Assembly (NCBI GenBank): GCA_043798995.1
Contig: JAZDOD010000011.1
Span: 4,737 to 68,736 of the forward strand
Origin: a bacterium
GTDB taxonomy: Bacteria > Patescibacteriota > Patescibacteriia > JAACEG01 > JAGUWE01
Direction of reading: 5' to 3'
Length of the DNA: 64,000 nucleotides
Shown: positions 1 to 10,047 of the stretch, piece after piece
How the letters are laid out: the number at the start of each line of letters is the position of its first letter
Position numbering within the stretch: position 1 is the first letter of the stretch
Program-made: the position numbers and the translations under genes
The notes under the pieces: model-generated
Told to the model about the DNA's origin: nothing
Databases searched by the model: none
The model's input: the letters and a program-made list of their open reading frames with translations, nothing else

Positions 1-342
1 GGCGTGATTCGGGAATGCCTTAATCAGGTTTTTGATAAAAAAATTAAACTGCGTTTTCGGCCTGGTTATTTTCCTTTTACTGAGCCGAGCTTGGAAATGG
101 ACTTGGATTGTTTGGTTTGCGGCGGCAAGGGTTGCCGGGTTTGTAAACATTCCGGCTGGCTGGAATTTATGGGCGCAGGGTTGGTTCATCCCAATGTTTT
201 GCGTTACGGCGGCATTGATAGCGAAGTTTATCAGGGTTTTGCTTTCGGTTTTGGTTTGACCCGCTTAGTTATGCTTAAATATCGCCTTGATGACATTCGG
301 CTTCTTCACGGCGGCGATTTAAGATTTTTAAAGCAATTTTAA
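1..342 (+). CDS. pheS: Phenylalanine--tRNA ligase alpha subunit, C-terminal fragment (open at window start)
   Basis: Class II aaRS core with [39 protein letters not shown]; frame open to position 1. Confidence 0.9.
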   Translation, partial: GVIRECLNQVFDKKIKLRFRPGYFPFTEPSLEMDLDCLVCGGKGCRVCKHSGWLEFMGAGLVHPNVLRYGGIDSEVYQGFAFGFGLTRLVMLKYRLDDIRLLHGGDLRFLKQF

Positions 343-347
343 CTTTT

Positions 348-1220
348 ATGGCAAAGAAATTTTATCCCTTTTTATTTTTACTGATTATATTTTTATTTCC
401 CGTCTTATCTTTAGCCCAAAATCAAAATGGCTTTTCTTACGACAAAAGCAAAGTTGAAATTTGGCTTAATCAAGATTCAACTGTTGATATTGAGGAACAG
501 GATTATTTTGTTTTAAATGGTGACTTAGAGAGATTAAGCCGTAAATTTAGCGGTAAAAAGTTTGATTATTTTGCTAAATTAGAAATTCTAAATCCGGCTG
601 ACAAACCCTTAGAAAGAAAAGATTATACTTTTGCCAATAAAGCCGAAAGCTCAATTGACTGGCTGATCCCTCAAGATACTTATGTCGGCCAGGGCGTAAA
701 ATATACTTTAAAATACAAAATTTACGGAGCAATTTCTTTTTTGGCTGACAAAGATGAGCTGGTTTGGAATTTGATTCCGGCTGGAAACCGTCTTAAAAAG
801 ACCGAGGCGGTTATTCATCTGCCTAACATTAATATCAAAAAAGAAGATATAAAGATTGATCTTTCGACCGATGCGATTAATGTTGCCAAAGATATTTATC
901 GCAACGACAAATCAGTTTATGAGATTGTCAATGGCAGTGAATTTACTCGGCCAGTGGCAGCTTATTATTTAGCCGATGACAACACGATCCACTTTATTGG
1001 CCAGAATTTAGAAAAAGGCACTAAATTTGATATTCAGGTTTCTTTGCCCAAGGGTATTATTCTTGAACCAAAAGTAACTTATGGCAAAATGATTAACTGG
1101 TTAATCGGCCTGGGTGTTCTAATAGTTTTCCTTGGTTATTTGATTTACTATCGTTTTTTTGGCAAAAAGAAATTGCAAAAAGTTGAGGAAGAAGAGGAGG
1201 GCAATAGGTTTAGAAATTAG
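348..1220 (+). CDS. Hypothetical secreted/membrane-anchored protein
   Basis: N-terminal signal peptide (FLFLLIIFLFPVLSLAQ), C-terminal TM helix and charged tail; no family recognised. Confidence 0.55.
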   Translation: MAKKFYPFLFLLIIFLFPVLSLAQNQNGFSYDKSKVEIWLNQDSTVDIEEQDYFVLNGDLERLSRKFSGKKFDYFAKLEILNPADKPLERKDYTFANKAESSIDWLIPQDTYVGQGVKYTLKYKIYGAISFLADKDELVWNLIPAGNRLKKTEAVIHLPNINIKKEDIKIDLSTDAINVAKDIYRNDKSVYEIVNGSEFTRPVAAYYLADDNTIHFIGQNLEKGTKFDIQVSLPKGIILEPKVTYGKMINWLIGLGVLIVFLGYLIYYRFFGKKKLQKVEEEEEGNRFRN

Positions 1221-1232
1221 TAATTTAATTTT

Positions 1233-3725
1233 ATGTTTCTTTCCTACAATTGGCTTAAAGAATTTATTGAAATAAAATTACCGGCGGAAAAATTGGCGGA
1301 GCTTTTGACAATGCACTCGTTTGAAATTGATAAGATAAGAAAAACCGAGACGCAGATAGAAGGCGTTATTGTCGGGCAGATTAAAAAAACAAGAAAACAC
1401 CCGGAGCTTTCTAAACTTCAAATAGTTTTAGTTAATGTAGGTAAAAAGAATTTGGAAATCGTTTGTGGAGCTGCCAATATCAAAGTTGGCCAAAAAGTGC
1501 CGGTGGCTCAAGCGGGGACAAAATTACCAAACAATATAGTTATCAGTGATAGAGTAATCGGTGGTGTTAAATCAGCCGGTACGCTTTGTACGGCTCGGGA
1601 ATTAAAATTAGGCGAAGATCATAGCGGTATTATGATTTTGAGCAATTCTCTTAAAGTCGGCGAGTCGCTTGGTCTGGTTTTAGGTTTGGAAGACGTAATT
1701 TTTGAAGTTGATAATAAATCTTTAACTCATAGGCCTGATCTTTGGGGCCATTATGGCGTGGCGCGAGAAATTGCCGCTCTGACTAAAGCTAAATTAAAGC
1801 CCTTAACTTTCAAAGCGAGAATCCCGACTAAAATTAAAATTGAGCCGGATAATCATAAGGATGTTTTGGATGTCGTGGTTGAGGATTTTAAACTTTGTCC
1901 GCGTTATTTAGGAGTTGCCCTGGATAACATCCGCGTTGAGCTTTCACCGCTTTGGCTTAGCCAACGTTTAGAATCACTCGGAGTCAGGCCGGTCAACAAT
2001 ATTGTTGATTTAACTAATTATGTGATGCTGGAGGTGGGTCAGCCGATGCATGCTTTTGATTTGAACAAAGTTCTTAATAAAAAATTATTTGAGTCAATTG
2101 CTAAAATTGTCGCGAGAAAGGCAAGGAGAGGGGAAAGAATCGTGACCTTGGATAAAAAAACCAGGATTTTGGAAAGCGAGATGTTAGTTATTGCTGACAG
2201 TGAATCACCAATTGCTCTAGCCGGTATTATGGGCGGAATTAATTCCGAAATTGATGAAAATTCCAAGGTGATTATTTTAGAATCGGCTAATTTTAATCCC
2301 CTAAATATCAGACAAACCTCGGCTAAACTGGGACTACGCACCGAGGCCTCGATGCGTTTTGAAAAAGGTTTGGATCCGAACTTAGCCGAAATTGCTTTGA
2401 AACGCGCTCTGATACTTCTTTTTAAACTTTTACCTCAAGCCAGAATTGTCAGTAAAATTAGGGACAAGTCCCGTAAGTTTAAAAACTTACGGGACAAGAA
2501 AAAATTTAGTTTAAATGTCAAACCGATTAAAATTGAGTCCCGAATAATCAATCAGAAAATCGGAGTTGAATTGAAAGAAAAAGAAATTAAAGAAAGCTTA
2601 GCGCGGCTTGGTTTTAAAGTCAGCCGCCGCGGCCGGCAATTAGCCGTGACACCGCCGACCTGGCGCGCTACCGGCGATATTGTTATTGCCGAAGATGTTA
2701 TAGAAGAAGTTGCCAGAATCTATGGTTATAATAAAATAAATAGTTTTTTGCCCGCCATTAAACTTGAGGTTCCTAAAATTAGTTCCAGTTTGCGATTTGA
2801 AAGGGAGGTCAAGGATATTTTATTTGAACGCTTGGGTATGAGTGAAGTTTCAAATTATTCTTTCTTCAGCGCCGAACAGATTGTTAAATTGGGTTATCGG
2901 CCCACGAAATTTTTGCGACTTGCCAATCCAGTTTCCAAAGAAGCTGAATATCTGCGATTCAATTTACTGGGTAATCTGCTTCTTAATATTAATTCAAATC
3001 TCAGATTTTCCAGTGAATTTAGAATTTTTGAAATCGGCTCAATTTTTAAAAAAGAAACAAGCAACTATTTGAGAAGCAAAACCAGCAAAAAAAGATTGCC
3101 CAAACAGATAAAAACGGTGGTGGCCGCGATAGTTGATGAAGCCTTAAACTCCAAAGGCGCGCCGCATTTTTATCAGGTCAAAGGCATGGCGGAATATCTT
3201 CTTAAACATTTTGGCATTAATGATTATCAATTGGATGAAAAAAAGGTAAATAAAGAATTTTGGCATCCCAGCCGCGCTCTTACGGTAATTATTAATAATG
3301 AAAAAGTCGGCACTTTTGGCGAAATTCATCCGAAAATTCTAGAGCGTTTTGATATTTATACCCGGGTCGGCGCTTTTGAATTAAATTTAGAAAAACTGAT
3401 TAAATTCCACCAAGAAGAAAAAAAATACGAGCCGTTTTCCCGTTTTCCGGCGATTGTCCGCGATTTGTCATTTATCATTGATAAGAAAATTTTGTATAAT
3501 GATATTATGGCAAGTATCCAGAAAAATAATCCTTTAATTAAAAAATTAATTCTTTTTGATGTCTACCAGAGCGCTAAGATTGGCGCTAACAAAAAGAGTT
3601 TAACTTTTCATTTTATTTACCAATCAAATGAGCGCACCCTCAAAGCCGAGGAAGTGGAAGAGATTCAACTCAAAGTAATTAAAATGCTCCGAGAAAAATT
3701 CGGTGCGGAAGTGAGAGTAAAATAG
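1233..3725 (+). CDS. pheT: Phenylalanine--tRNA ligase beta subunit
   Basis: Canonical PheT N-terminus MFLSYNWLKEFIEI, 830 aa, directly downstream of pheS. Confidence 0.9.
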   Translation: MFLSYNWLKEFIEIKLPAEKLAELLTMHSFEIDKIRKTETQIEGVIVGQIKKTRKHPELSKLQIVLVNVGKKNLEIVCGAANIKVGQKVPVAQAGTKLPNNIVISDRVIGGVKSAGTLCTARELKLGEDHSGIMILSNSLKVGESLGLVLGLEDVIFEVDNKSLTHRPDLWGHYGVAREIAALTKAKLKPLTFKARIPTKIKIEPDNHKDVLDVVVEDFKLCPRYLGVALDNIRVELSPLWLSQRLESLGVRPVNNIVDLTNYVMLEVGQPMHAFDLNKVLNKKLFESIAKIVARKARRGERIVTLDKKTRILESEMLVIADSESPIALAGIMGGINSEIDENSKVIILESANFNPLNIRQTSAKLGLRTEASMRFEKGLDPNLAEIALKRALILLFKLLPQARIVSKIRDKSRKFKNLRDKKKFSLNVKPIKIESRIINQKIGVELKEKEIKESLARLGFKVSRRGRQLAVTPPTWRATGDIVIAEDVIEEVARIYGYNKINSFLPAIKLEVPKISSSLRFEREVKDILFERLGMSEVSNYSFFSAEQIVKLGYRPTKFLRLANPVSKEAEYLRFNLLGNLLLNINSNLRFSSEFRIFEIGSIFKKETSNYLRSKTSKKRLPKQIKTVVAAIVDEALNSKGAPHFYQVKGMAEYLLKHFGINDYQLDEKKVNKEFWHPSRALTVIINNEKVGTFGEIHPKILERFDIYTRVGAFELNLEKLIKFHQEEKKYEPFSRFPAIVRDLSFIIDKKILYNDIMASIQKNNPLIKKLILFDVYQSAKIGANKKSLTFHFIYQSNERTLKAEEVEEIQLKVIKMLREKFGAEVRVK

Positions 3726-3802
3726 TTACAAATAACTTTTTATATTTTCCCGCCCTAGGCGGGATCCCGCTTTAGCGGTGATAATTTTTAACTTAATAAT
3801 TT

Positions 3803-4093
3803 ATGATCTACACTAGCAAGGACATTTTTTTTGTCGTTTTGTCTTTTTGCATTTTGCTTTTGACTTTTTTTACCTGCTGGATACTGTTTTATGTGGTTTC
3901 TATGTTTCGTCAGCTTAATCACGTTTTCGATGGCGTCAAAAGAAAAATGGATGCGGTTGATGATATTCTCAAAACCATTAAGGAAAAAATTGAACATTCT
4001 GCCTCGGCGGTTTTGCTTTTAGTCAAGGGTATTGAAGAGCTTATTTTCTTTTTAAAAGAAAGAAAAAGTAAGGGTAAAAAAGAAAAATCTTAA
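3803..4093 (+). CDS. Hypothetical small membrane protein (N-terminal TM helix, C-terminal coiled coil)
   Basis: Hydrophobic N-terminus FFVVLSFCILLLTFFTCWILFYVV then charged helical tail. Confidence 0.45.
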   Translation: MIYTSKDIFFVVLSFCILLLTFFTCWILFYVVSMFRQLNHVFDGVKRKMDAVDDILKTIKEKIEHSASAVLLLVKGIEELIFFLKERKSKGKKEKS

Positions 4094-4341
4094 TTTTTTA
4101 TATATTTTTTAAAAAGAACTATTCTTCTAATTTTCCAAGTGAATGGTTCTTTTTTAATTTACCCCCACACCCAAAAAGCCCCATCTTTTAAAACAGACGA
4201 CACAGGACATGAGAAAAATTAATTATTTAGAAAATCCTAGCTATTTATGGCTGGGTGTGGGGGTGTACTAATTATTGCCAAAGTGTTATACTATACTAAT
4301 ATTAAATTAAATAAAGGCGAAAAGTGAAAAAATAAAAGATT

Positions 4342-7300
4342 ATGAAATTTGTTCACCTGCATACCCATTCACATTATTCTTTACTTGATGGCTTAGCCAA
4401 GATTGATGAATTAATCAATAAGGCCAAGGAAGACTGTGCAGAAGCCTTGGCCTTGACTGATCACGGCGTAATGTATGGCGTGATTGAATTTTATCAGAAA
4501 GCTAAAGCCGCCGGTATTAAACCAATCATCGGCTGCGAGTCCTATATTGTGCCGCATTCCCGCCATCAGAAAGGGCCATTAGCCAACGAAGAGAGGCATC
4601 ATTTGATTTTATTGGCTAAAAATCAAGTAGGGTATCATAATCTGATTAGATTAACCACTTACGCTCATCTTGAAGGTTTTTATTACAAACCGCGGATTGA
4701 CTGGGAGCTTTTGGAAAAATATCACCAAGGGCTAATTGGTTTATCGGCTTGTCTTCAGGGTGAAATTCCCACTGCTATTTTAAGCGGTAATCTTAAAAAA
4801 ACAGAAGATGTTTTGGCTAAATATTTAAATCTTTTCGGCAGGGAAGATTTTTATTTAGAACTTCAGCATCACCCGACAATGCCGGAGCAAGCTCGGGTCA
4901 ATAAAGCGCTTTTGGATTTGGCAAAAAAATTCAAAGTCCAGGTAGTGGCAACTAATGACGTTCATTATTTAAACAAAGAAGACGCCGAAGCTCAGGATAT
5001 TTTACTTTGTTTACAGACCAAGAAAAAAAGAGAGGATAAGGATCGGATGAGTTTCTTGGGCGAGGATTTTTCTTTTAAATCACAGGAAGAAATGATTGCC
5101 AGTTTTCATGATTGCCCTGAAGCCATTCAAAATACCGTCAAAATTGCTGAAAGTTGCGATTTAGAAATAGAATTGGGCAAAGTAACTTTGCCGCACTTTG
5201 AGGTGCCAAGCGGTAAAACTGCCGATGAATTTTTACACGAGCTTTGTCTTGAGGGTTTGGCTTTGCGTTATGGCAAACGCTCCGGAGATGCGGAATATCT
5301 CGAGCGCCTTGATTATGAACTGAAAATTATTAAGAAAACCGGTTTTGCCTCATTTTTTTTGATTGTTCAGGATTTTGTCAATTGGGCAAAAAAACAAAAT
5401 ATTGTGGTGGGGCCGGGTCGCGGCAGTGCCGCCGGTAGTTTAGTTTCTTACGTTTTAAATATTACTGACATTGATCCTTTAATTTATGATTTGCTTTTTG
5501 AAAGATTTTTAAATCCAGAAAGAGTTTCCATGCCGGATTTTGATTTAGATTTTGCTGACATTAGGCGCGAGGAAGTTATTCGTTATGTTGAAGAAAAATA
5601 TGGCCGTGATCGGGTGGCGCAAATTATTACCTTTGGCACTATGGCTGCCCGAGCGGCAATCAGAGATGTCGGCCGGGTAATGGCGCTTTCTTACAGTTAT
5701 TGTGATAAAATTGCCAAAATGATTCCTTTTTTTTCCAGTTTATCTCAGGCACTTAACACCAATGTTGAATTAAGAGAATTGTATCTTAAAGATCCAAACG
5801 CCAAAGAATTACTTGAAACAGCGAAAAAATTGGAAGGTGTGGCTCGGCACGCTTCAACTCATGCCTGCGGCGTTTTAATCACGCGCGAGCCGCTTTATAA
5901 TTATGTACCTTTGCAATTTGCTTCAAGCGGCGACAAAACCATAGTTTCTCAATATTCTTTGCATCCGATTGAAGATTTGGGACTTTTAAAAATGGATTTT
6001 TTGGGCCTTAAAAATTTGACTTTAATTGAAAATGTGCACGAAATTGTCCAAAAAACCCGCGGAGAAGATATTAAAATAGAGAAAATTCCTTTGGATGATA
6101 AAAAAACTTATCGCTTGCTTCAGCGCGGCGAAACAACCGGCGTCTTCCAACTGGAATCAAGCGGCATGAGGAGATATCTTAAAATGCTCAAACCAACTGA
6201 ATTTGAAGACATTATCGCTATGGTTGCGCTTTATCGGCCGGGCCCGATGGAATGGATTCCTGATTTTATTGACCGAAAACACGGCCAAAAGAAAATTGTT
6301 TATCTTCATTCAAAACTGGAGCCGATTCTTAAAAAAACTTATGGCGTGGCTATTTATCAGGAGCAGGTGATGAAGATCGCTCGGGAGCTGGCCGGTTTTA
6401 CTTTAGGCGAGGCCGATATTTTAAGAAAAGCCGTTGGCAAAAAAATTCCTCATCTTTTGACCAAGCAAAAGAAAAAATTTATTGAAGGTTGTGTTAAAAA
6501 TAATGTTTCAGCCAAGTTAGCCGAGCAGGTTTTTTCTTTTATTGAGCCATTTGCCGGCTACGGCTTTAATAGGAGTCACGCGGCCTGCTATGCCATGATT
6601 GGTTATCAAACCGCTTATCTTAAAGCCAATTTTCCGGTTGAATTTGTGGCCGCGCTTCTGACTTCCGAAGAAGGCAGCACTGAAAAAATCAATCTTATTG
6701 TCCAGGAATGCCTGGCAATGGGTATTGAAGTTTTGCCTCCGGACATCAATGAGAGTTTTAAGCATTTTACAGTTTTGCCAAAAAGCGAAAAGCCTACCAT
6801 TCGCTTTGGCCTTTTGGCTATTAAAAATGTCGGTGAAAATGTCATCAATGTCATTGTTCATGAGCGAAAACAAAATGGTTCTTACCAAAATTTGGAAGAT
6901 TTTCTTAGCCGGATTAAATGCAAAGACCTAAATAAGAAATCATTGGAAAGTTTAATTAAAAGCGGAGCTTTGGATCGGTTTGGCGAACGGGCGCAAATGT
7001 TGTATAATATAGAAAAAATTTTATCCTTTATCAAAGAAATTCAGAAAAACAGCCAAGACAAACAAGCCAATTTATTTGGCGCTACTTCTTCTGGCCAGTT
7101 TGCCAAACTAAATTTGGAAAAATTTGAAACAGCTTCAGAAAAACAAAAATTGACCTGGGAAAAAGAACTTCTCGGCCTTTATATTTCAGCCCATCCTTTT
7201 AAAAGTTTTGAGCCATATTTAAAGGAAATAATGGTTAATTGTTACGAGATTAATAAATTAGCCCAAAAAGAGAATGATATTGAGTACGTTCCTGATGGCG

Positions 7301-7632
7301 AACAAAATCCGCCAAATTTAAACGGCCATAATCTAAAAGGTCTGATTAAGATGGCTGGGGTAATTACCAAAATTCAAAAAGTTTTTACTCGAAGCGGCGA
7401 GCCAATGATTTTTGCCAATCTGGAAGATACAACCGGCAAAATTGAGATTTTAGTTTTTCCGAGCACTTTGAACCAAACCAGCCACATTTGGCAGGAAGAA
7501 AAAATTGTTATTGTTTTGGGCAAACTTTCAGATAAAGAAGGAGTGCCGAAATTGCTTTGTCAGGGAGTTTGCGAAGTGACCCCGCTTAATGTGAAGGAAA
7601 TAGCGCAAAGATTAAAAAGAGAAAATCGCTAA
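4342..7632 (+). CDS. dnaE: DNA polymerase III alpha subunit
   Basis: PHP domain MKFVHLHTHSHYSLLDG, 1096 aa pol III alpha architecture. Confidence 0.95.
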   Translation: MKFVHLHTHSHYSLLDGLAKIDELINKAKEDCAEALALTDHGVMYGVIEFYQKAKAAGIKPIIGCESYIVPHSRHQKGPLANEERHHLILLAKNQVGYHNLIRLTTYAHLEGFYYKPRIDWELLEKYHQGLIGLSACLQGEIPTAILSGNLKKTEDVLAKYLNLFGREDFYLELQHHPTMPEQARVNKALLDLAKKFKVQVVATNDVHYLNKEDAEAQDILLCLQTKKKREDKDRMSFLGEDFSFKSQEEMIASFHDCPEAIQNTVKIAESCDLEIELGKVTLPHFEVPSGKTADEFLHELCLEGLALRYGKRSGDAEYLERLDYELKIIKKTGFASFFLIVQDFVNWAKKQNIVVGPGRGSAAGSLVSYVLNITDIDPLIYDLLFERFLNPERVSMPDFDLDFADIRREEVIRYVEEKYGRDRVAQIITFGTMAARAAIRDVGRVMALSYSYCDKIAKMIPFFSSLSQALNTNVELRELYLKDPNAKELLETAKKLEGVARHASTHACGVLITREPLYNYVPLQFASSGDKTIVSQYSLHPIEDLGLLKMDFLGLKNLTLIENVHEIVQKTRGEDIKIEKIPLDDKKTYRLLQRGETTGVFQLESSGMRRYLKMLKPTEFEDIIAMVALYRPGPMEWIPDFIDRKHGQKKIVYLHSKLEPILKKTYGVAIYQEQVMKIARELAGFTLGEADILRKAVGKKIPHLLTKQKKKFIEGCVKNNVSAKLAEQVFSFIEPFAGYGFNRSHAACYAMIGYQTAYLKANFPVEFVAALLTSEEGSTEKINLIVQECLAMGIEVLPPDINESFKHFTVLPKSEKPTIRFGLLAIKNVGENVINVIVHERKQNGSYQNLEDFLSRIKCKDLNKKSLESLIKSGALDRFGERAQMLYNIEKILSFIKEIQKNSQDKQANLFGATSSGQFAKLNLEKFETASEKQKLTWEKELLGLYISAHPFKSFEPYLKEIMVNCYEINKLAQKENDIEYVPDGEQNPPNLNGHNLKGLIKMAGVITKIQKVFTRSGEPMIFANLEDTTGKIEILVFPSTLNQTSHIWQEEKIVIVLGKLSDKEGVPKLLCQGVCEVTPLNVKEIAQRLKRENR

Positions 7633-7680
7633 AATAAAATTAAAATTTTAAAGATAGTTTTGCCTTTTTCGTTGTTATTT

Positions 7681-7745
7681 TTCCGCCCGAGGCGTGCGCC
7701 CGAGGCCCATCCGCCTCTGGCGGAGATCCGCCTTTGGCGGAAACT
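7681..7745. repeat. 64-bp palindromic MITE-like repeat (family B: TTCCGCC...CCGCCTTTGGCGGAA), intergenic copy
   Basis: Near-identical to copies at 13117-13180 and (reverse-complement) 46184-46245; terminal inverted repeat TTCCGCC/GGCGGAA. Confidence 0.7.
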
Positions 7746-7759
7746 TTTAAGTTTATTTT

Positions 7760-8920
7760 ATGTTTGATTACAAAAAAATCGCTTTTATTTATCTTGGTTT
7801 GTCAATTTTGATTTTAGGCGCGGTTTTATATTTTACTTTATATAAAGCAACGATTATTATTACTCCGGCGGTGGAAAAAATGAGTTTAAATTTTGATTTA
7901 GTTGTTAAGGAAGTGCCTTTTGTTTCGCCTGACGACACAACCACCATTCCTGGTAAAATTTTTTCCGAGGAAAAATCTCTAAACGAAACTTTTTCAGCTA
8001 CGGCCAGCCAGAAAGTTGAAGTTACAACCTCGCCTAAAGTCACTTTGATTAATACTACCAATCAGAATCAGACTTTAATCGCCACCACGCGGCTGCTGAC
8101 GCCGGAAAATCATCTTTTTCGGCTAAAAAACAGGGTGATAGTGCCGGCCCAAGGGCAGATAGAGGCTGAAGTTTATCCCGATGATTCTAAATTAGAGGTT
8201 AATTTAAATAAAACCCGCTTGACGATTCCGGGCTTAAACAAGGAACTTCAGCAAAGAATTTATGGGCAAGCTCAAGATCTTGTTACCGGCAAATCGCGCG
8301 AAGTAAAAGTGATAAATCAGGTTGATCTGGACCAAGCCAAAGGAGCTCTTACTCAGAAATTATATGAAGAAATTGTCTCCGGTTTTAAAAATCAGTTAGT
8401 TGAAGCCAGTAACGACAAATTAGCCGCTAACATTTATGCCGCCGATACTTTAAAGATAGTCGGCAGCCGTGAAGTTTTAGAATCTCAAACTGATAAAACC
8501 GCCGGTGATATTTCCGACTCATTTGAACAAAAATTAAAATTAAAAGTAGTGGCCGCTGTTTTTGACGAGGCGCGACTCTTGGATTTAGCCAAACGCAAAT
8601 TAAATTCCTCCATCCCCAGCGATAAACAATTAATTGATATTGATAAGAAAAGTTTTAACTACTCGGTTGAAAGCTACGATCTGGCAGCAAAATCCATTAA
8701 TTTAAAGGTTTATGTTGATGGCAAAATAGTTATATCAGAAAAAAGCGGTTTTTTGGATAAGAGTAAACTTACAGGCCTGACCAAAGAAGAAGTGAATAAA
8801 TATTTTACTCAGTCACCGGCCATTAAATCAGTGGAAATTAAATTTTTACCCTTTTGGCTAAAACGAGTGCCTGCTTCTGTTGAAAGAATCACGGTTATTA
8901 TCAATCAACCAGCCATTTAG
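7760..8920 (+). CDS. Hypothetical membrane-anchored protein
   Basis: N-terminal TM helix (IAFIYLGLSILILGAVLYFTLY), 386 aa, no family recognised. Confidence 0.55.
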   Translation: MFDYKKIAFIYLGLSILILGAVLYFTLYKATIIITPAVEKMSLNFDLVVKEVPFVSPDDTTTIPGKIFSEEKSLNETFSATASQKVEVTTSPKVTLINTTNQNQTLIATTRLLTPENHLFRLKNRVIVPAQGQIEAEVYPDDSKLEVNLNKTRLTIPGLNKELQQRIYGQAQDLVTGKSREVKVINQVDLDQAKGALTQKLYEEIVSGFKNQLVEASNDKLAANIYAADTLKIVGSREVLESQTDKTAGDISDSFEQKLKLKVVAAVFDEARLLDLAKRKLNSSIPSDKQLIDIDKKSFNYSVESYDLAAKSINLKVYVDGKIVISEKSGFLDKSKLTGLTKEEVNKYFTQSPAIKSVEIKFLPFWLKRVPASVERITVIINQPAI

Positions 8921-8923
8921 GAT

Positions 8924-8951
8924 TTGACAAGGAATTTGAAAATGCTATAAT
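8924..8951 (+). promoter_or_regulatory. Near-consensus sigma70 promoter with extended -10 (TTGACA-16-TGcTATAAT)
   Basis: TTGACA 8924-8929, TATAAT 8946-8951, TG at 8943-8944; no protein-coding ORF downstream. Confidence 0.5.
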
Positions 8952-8957
8952 TTTATT

Positions 8958-9141
8958 GTTTAAAGGTAATTGCTGTGGCTACCGACCATAGTGCTCCGTT
9001 AAGGGGTAGAGAGTTAGCTCTCCTAAGCCAATTATAAATCAAGCGCCTTGCCGACCTTAAAATTGGTAGGGAATTTGGGTGGAACCGCCCCACTAAGAAT
9101 GGGTCCCAAAAGTCATTTCGATTTTTGGGTTTTTATTTTTT
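8958..9141 (+). ncRNA. Candidate ~185-nt small RNA (unclassified)
   Basis: Runs from the strong promoter to a stem CCCAAAA/TTTTGGG plus U-run (9105-9141); only a non-protein-like 68-aa ORF overlaps. Confidence 0.25.
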
Positions 9142-9239
9142 GTATATTTTGTTCCGGCTTCCGAACCAGAATCCAGAACCTTAAAAAAATTGATTCCCGT
9201 TTCCGCGAGAATGACACATATTTTTTAACAAAAGAAAAA

Positions 9240-9288
9240 CCGTCTAAAATTTAAGTCACTTGACTTTATTTTAGACGGCTAGATTTTT
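9240..9288. terminator. Bidirectional intrinsic terminator
   Basis: Stem CCGTCTAAAAT/ATTTTAGACGG with T-runs on both strands; ends the convergent minus-strand Zn-ribbon genes. Confidence 0.5.
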
Positions 9289-9302
9289 GAGACAGGATTT
9301 GG

Positions 9303-9716
9303 CTATAAGTAGATTGGTTTTTCTTTTTTTCGCCTGGGATAATCCCATGGAGCGATTGACTGGAAGCCTTTGAAGCTTAAAATAGTGCCGCAACTTGAGC
9401 ATTTCGTTTCTCTGGCAATCTTTTCAATAAATTGGGTGCCGGCAATCTGTTCAAGCGATAATTGGACTTCAATTCTTTCAAGCTTTCTGCAACTTGGGCA
9501 GTGGATTTTAAGAACCTGGGACGATAAGGGAGTCAACGCGGTTTGGCAACCTCTGAAACTTATTTCCTGGCTGCAGTGAATACACCTCTTTTCCCTGATG
9601 ATCTTTTCAATATAAAGGGTTTTAGCGTCGCTTGAGGCCGAGACCTCAATCTCAAAATTGATTACCCGTTTACATTTGGTTCTGGTGCACCTGATGTTAA
9701 GAAATTCTATCGGCAT
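9303..9716 (-). CDS. Hypothetical double zinc-ribbon protein (internally repeated CxxC pairs)
   Basis: Four CxxC pairs in two repeated halves; strong SD AAGGAGGTGG upstream. Confidence 0.5.
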   Translation of the reverse strand: MPIEFLNIRCTRTKCKRVINFEIEVSASSDAKTLYIEKIIREKRCIHCSQEISFRGCQTALTPLSSQVLKIHCPSCRKLERIEVQLSLEQIAGTQFIEKIARETKCSSCGTILSFKGFQSIAPWDYPRRKKEKPIYL

Positions 9717-9732
9717 CTTCCACCTCCTTTAT

Positions 9733-9975
9733 TCATTTTATCCCTGCTTTTTGGCCAAAATAACCGCATTTTTTACATTCAACGCAAAGTTCCGCAACCG
9801 AGCCGGTCTTGGACTGGCCTTTTGTTTTCTTTAATTCTACATAACATTCCCCGCCGTTAAGAGCTGTTTCGCCGCATATAGGGCAACAGAAAGTGACCCC
9901 GCTCGGTAAAAATAATACCCGGGCAAAAGACGCGGTACCCATCAACGAACCAATACCTAATCTCGCTGTTTTCAT
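9733..9975 (-). CDS. Hypothetical zinc-ribbon protein
   Basis: CPICGE...CVECKKCG motifs; SD AAGGAGGG 7 nt upstream of ATG. Confidence 0.5.
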   Translation of the reverse strand: MKTARLGIGSLMGTASFARVLFLPSGVTFCCPICGETALNGGECYVELKKTKGQSKTGSVAELCVECKKCGYFGQKAGIK

Positions 9976-10047
9976 TAATCCCTCCTTTTTTGTTAAAGTT
10001 CAATTTATATTTATTTAATCATTATATTATTAATTATTTTTAAAATT

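Noticed and set aside
2039-2341. Antisense and alternative-frame ORFs inside long housekeeping genes (e.g. 2039-2341, 6517-6888, 11073-11291, 15800-16048, 24084-24446, 32083-32439, 41265-41918, 52471-52893, 55048-55630)
   Set aside because: Embedded in well-supported conserved genes on the other strand or frame; no independent signals.
8958-9141. Attempt to classify the candidate sRNA as tmRNA, SRP RNA, 6S RNA or RNase P RNA
   Set aside because: None of the hallmark motifs (tmRNA GGGG start, tRNA-like 3-prime end and tag ORF; SRP GGAAGGAAGCAGCC; RNase P GGAAAGUCCGGGC) are present; left unclassified.
9048-9254. 68-aa plus-strand ORF inside the candidate sRNA region
   Set aside because: No SD, non-protein-like composition, spans a terminator hairpin.
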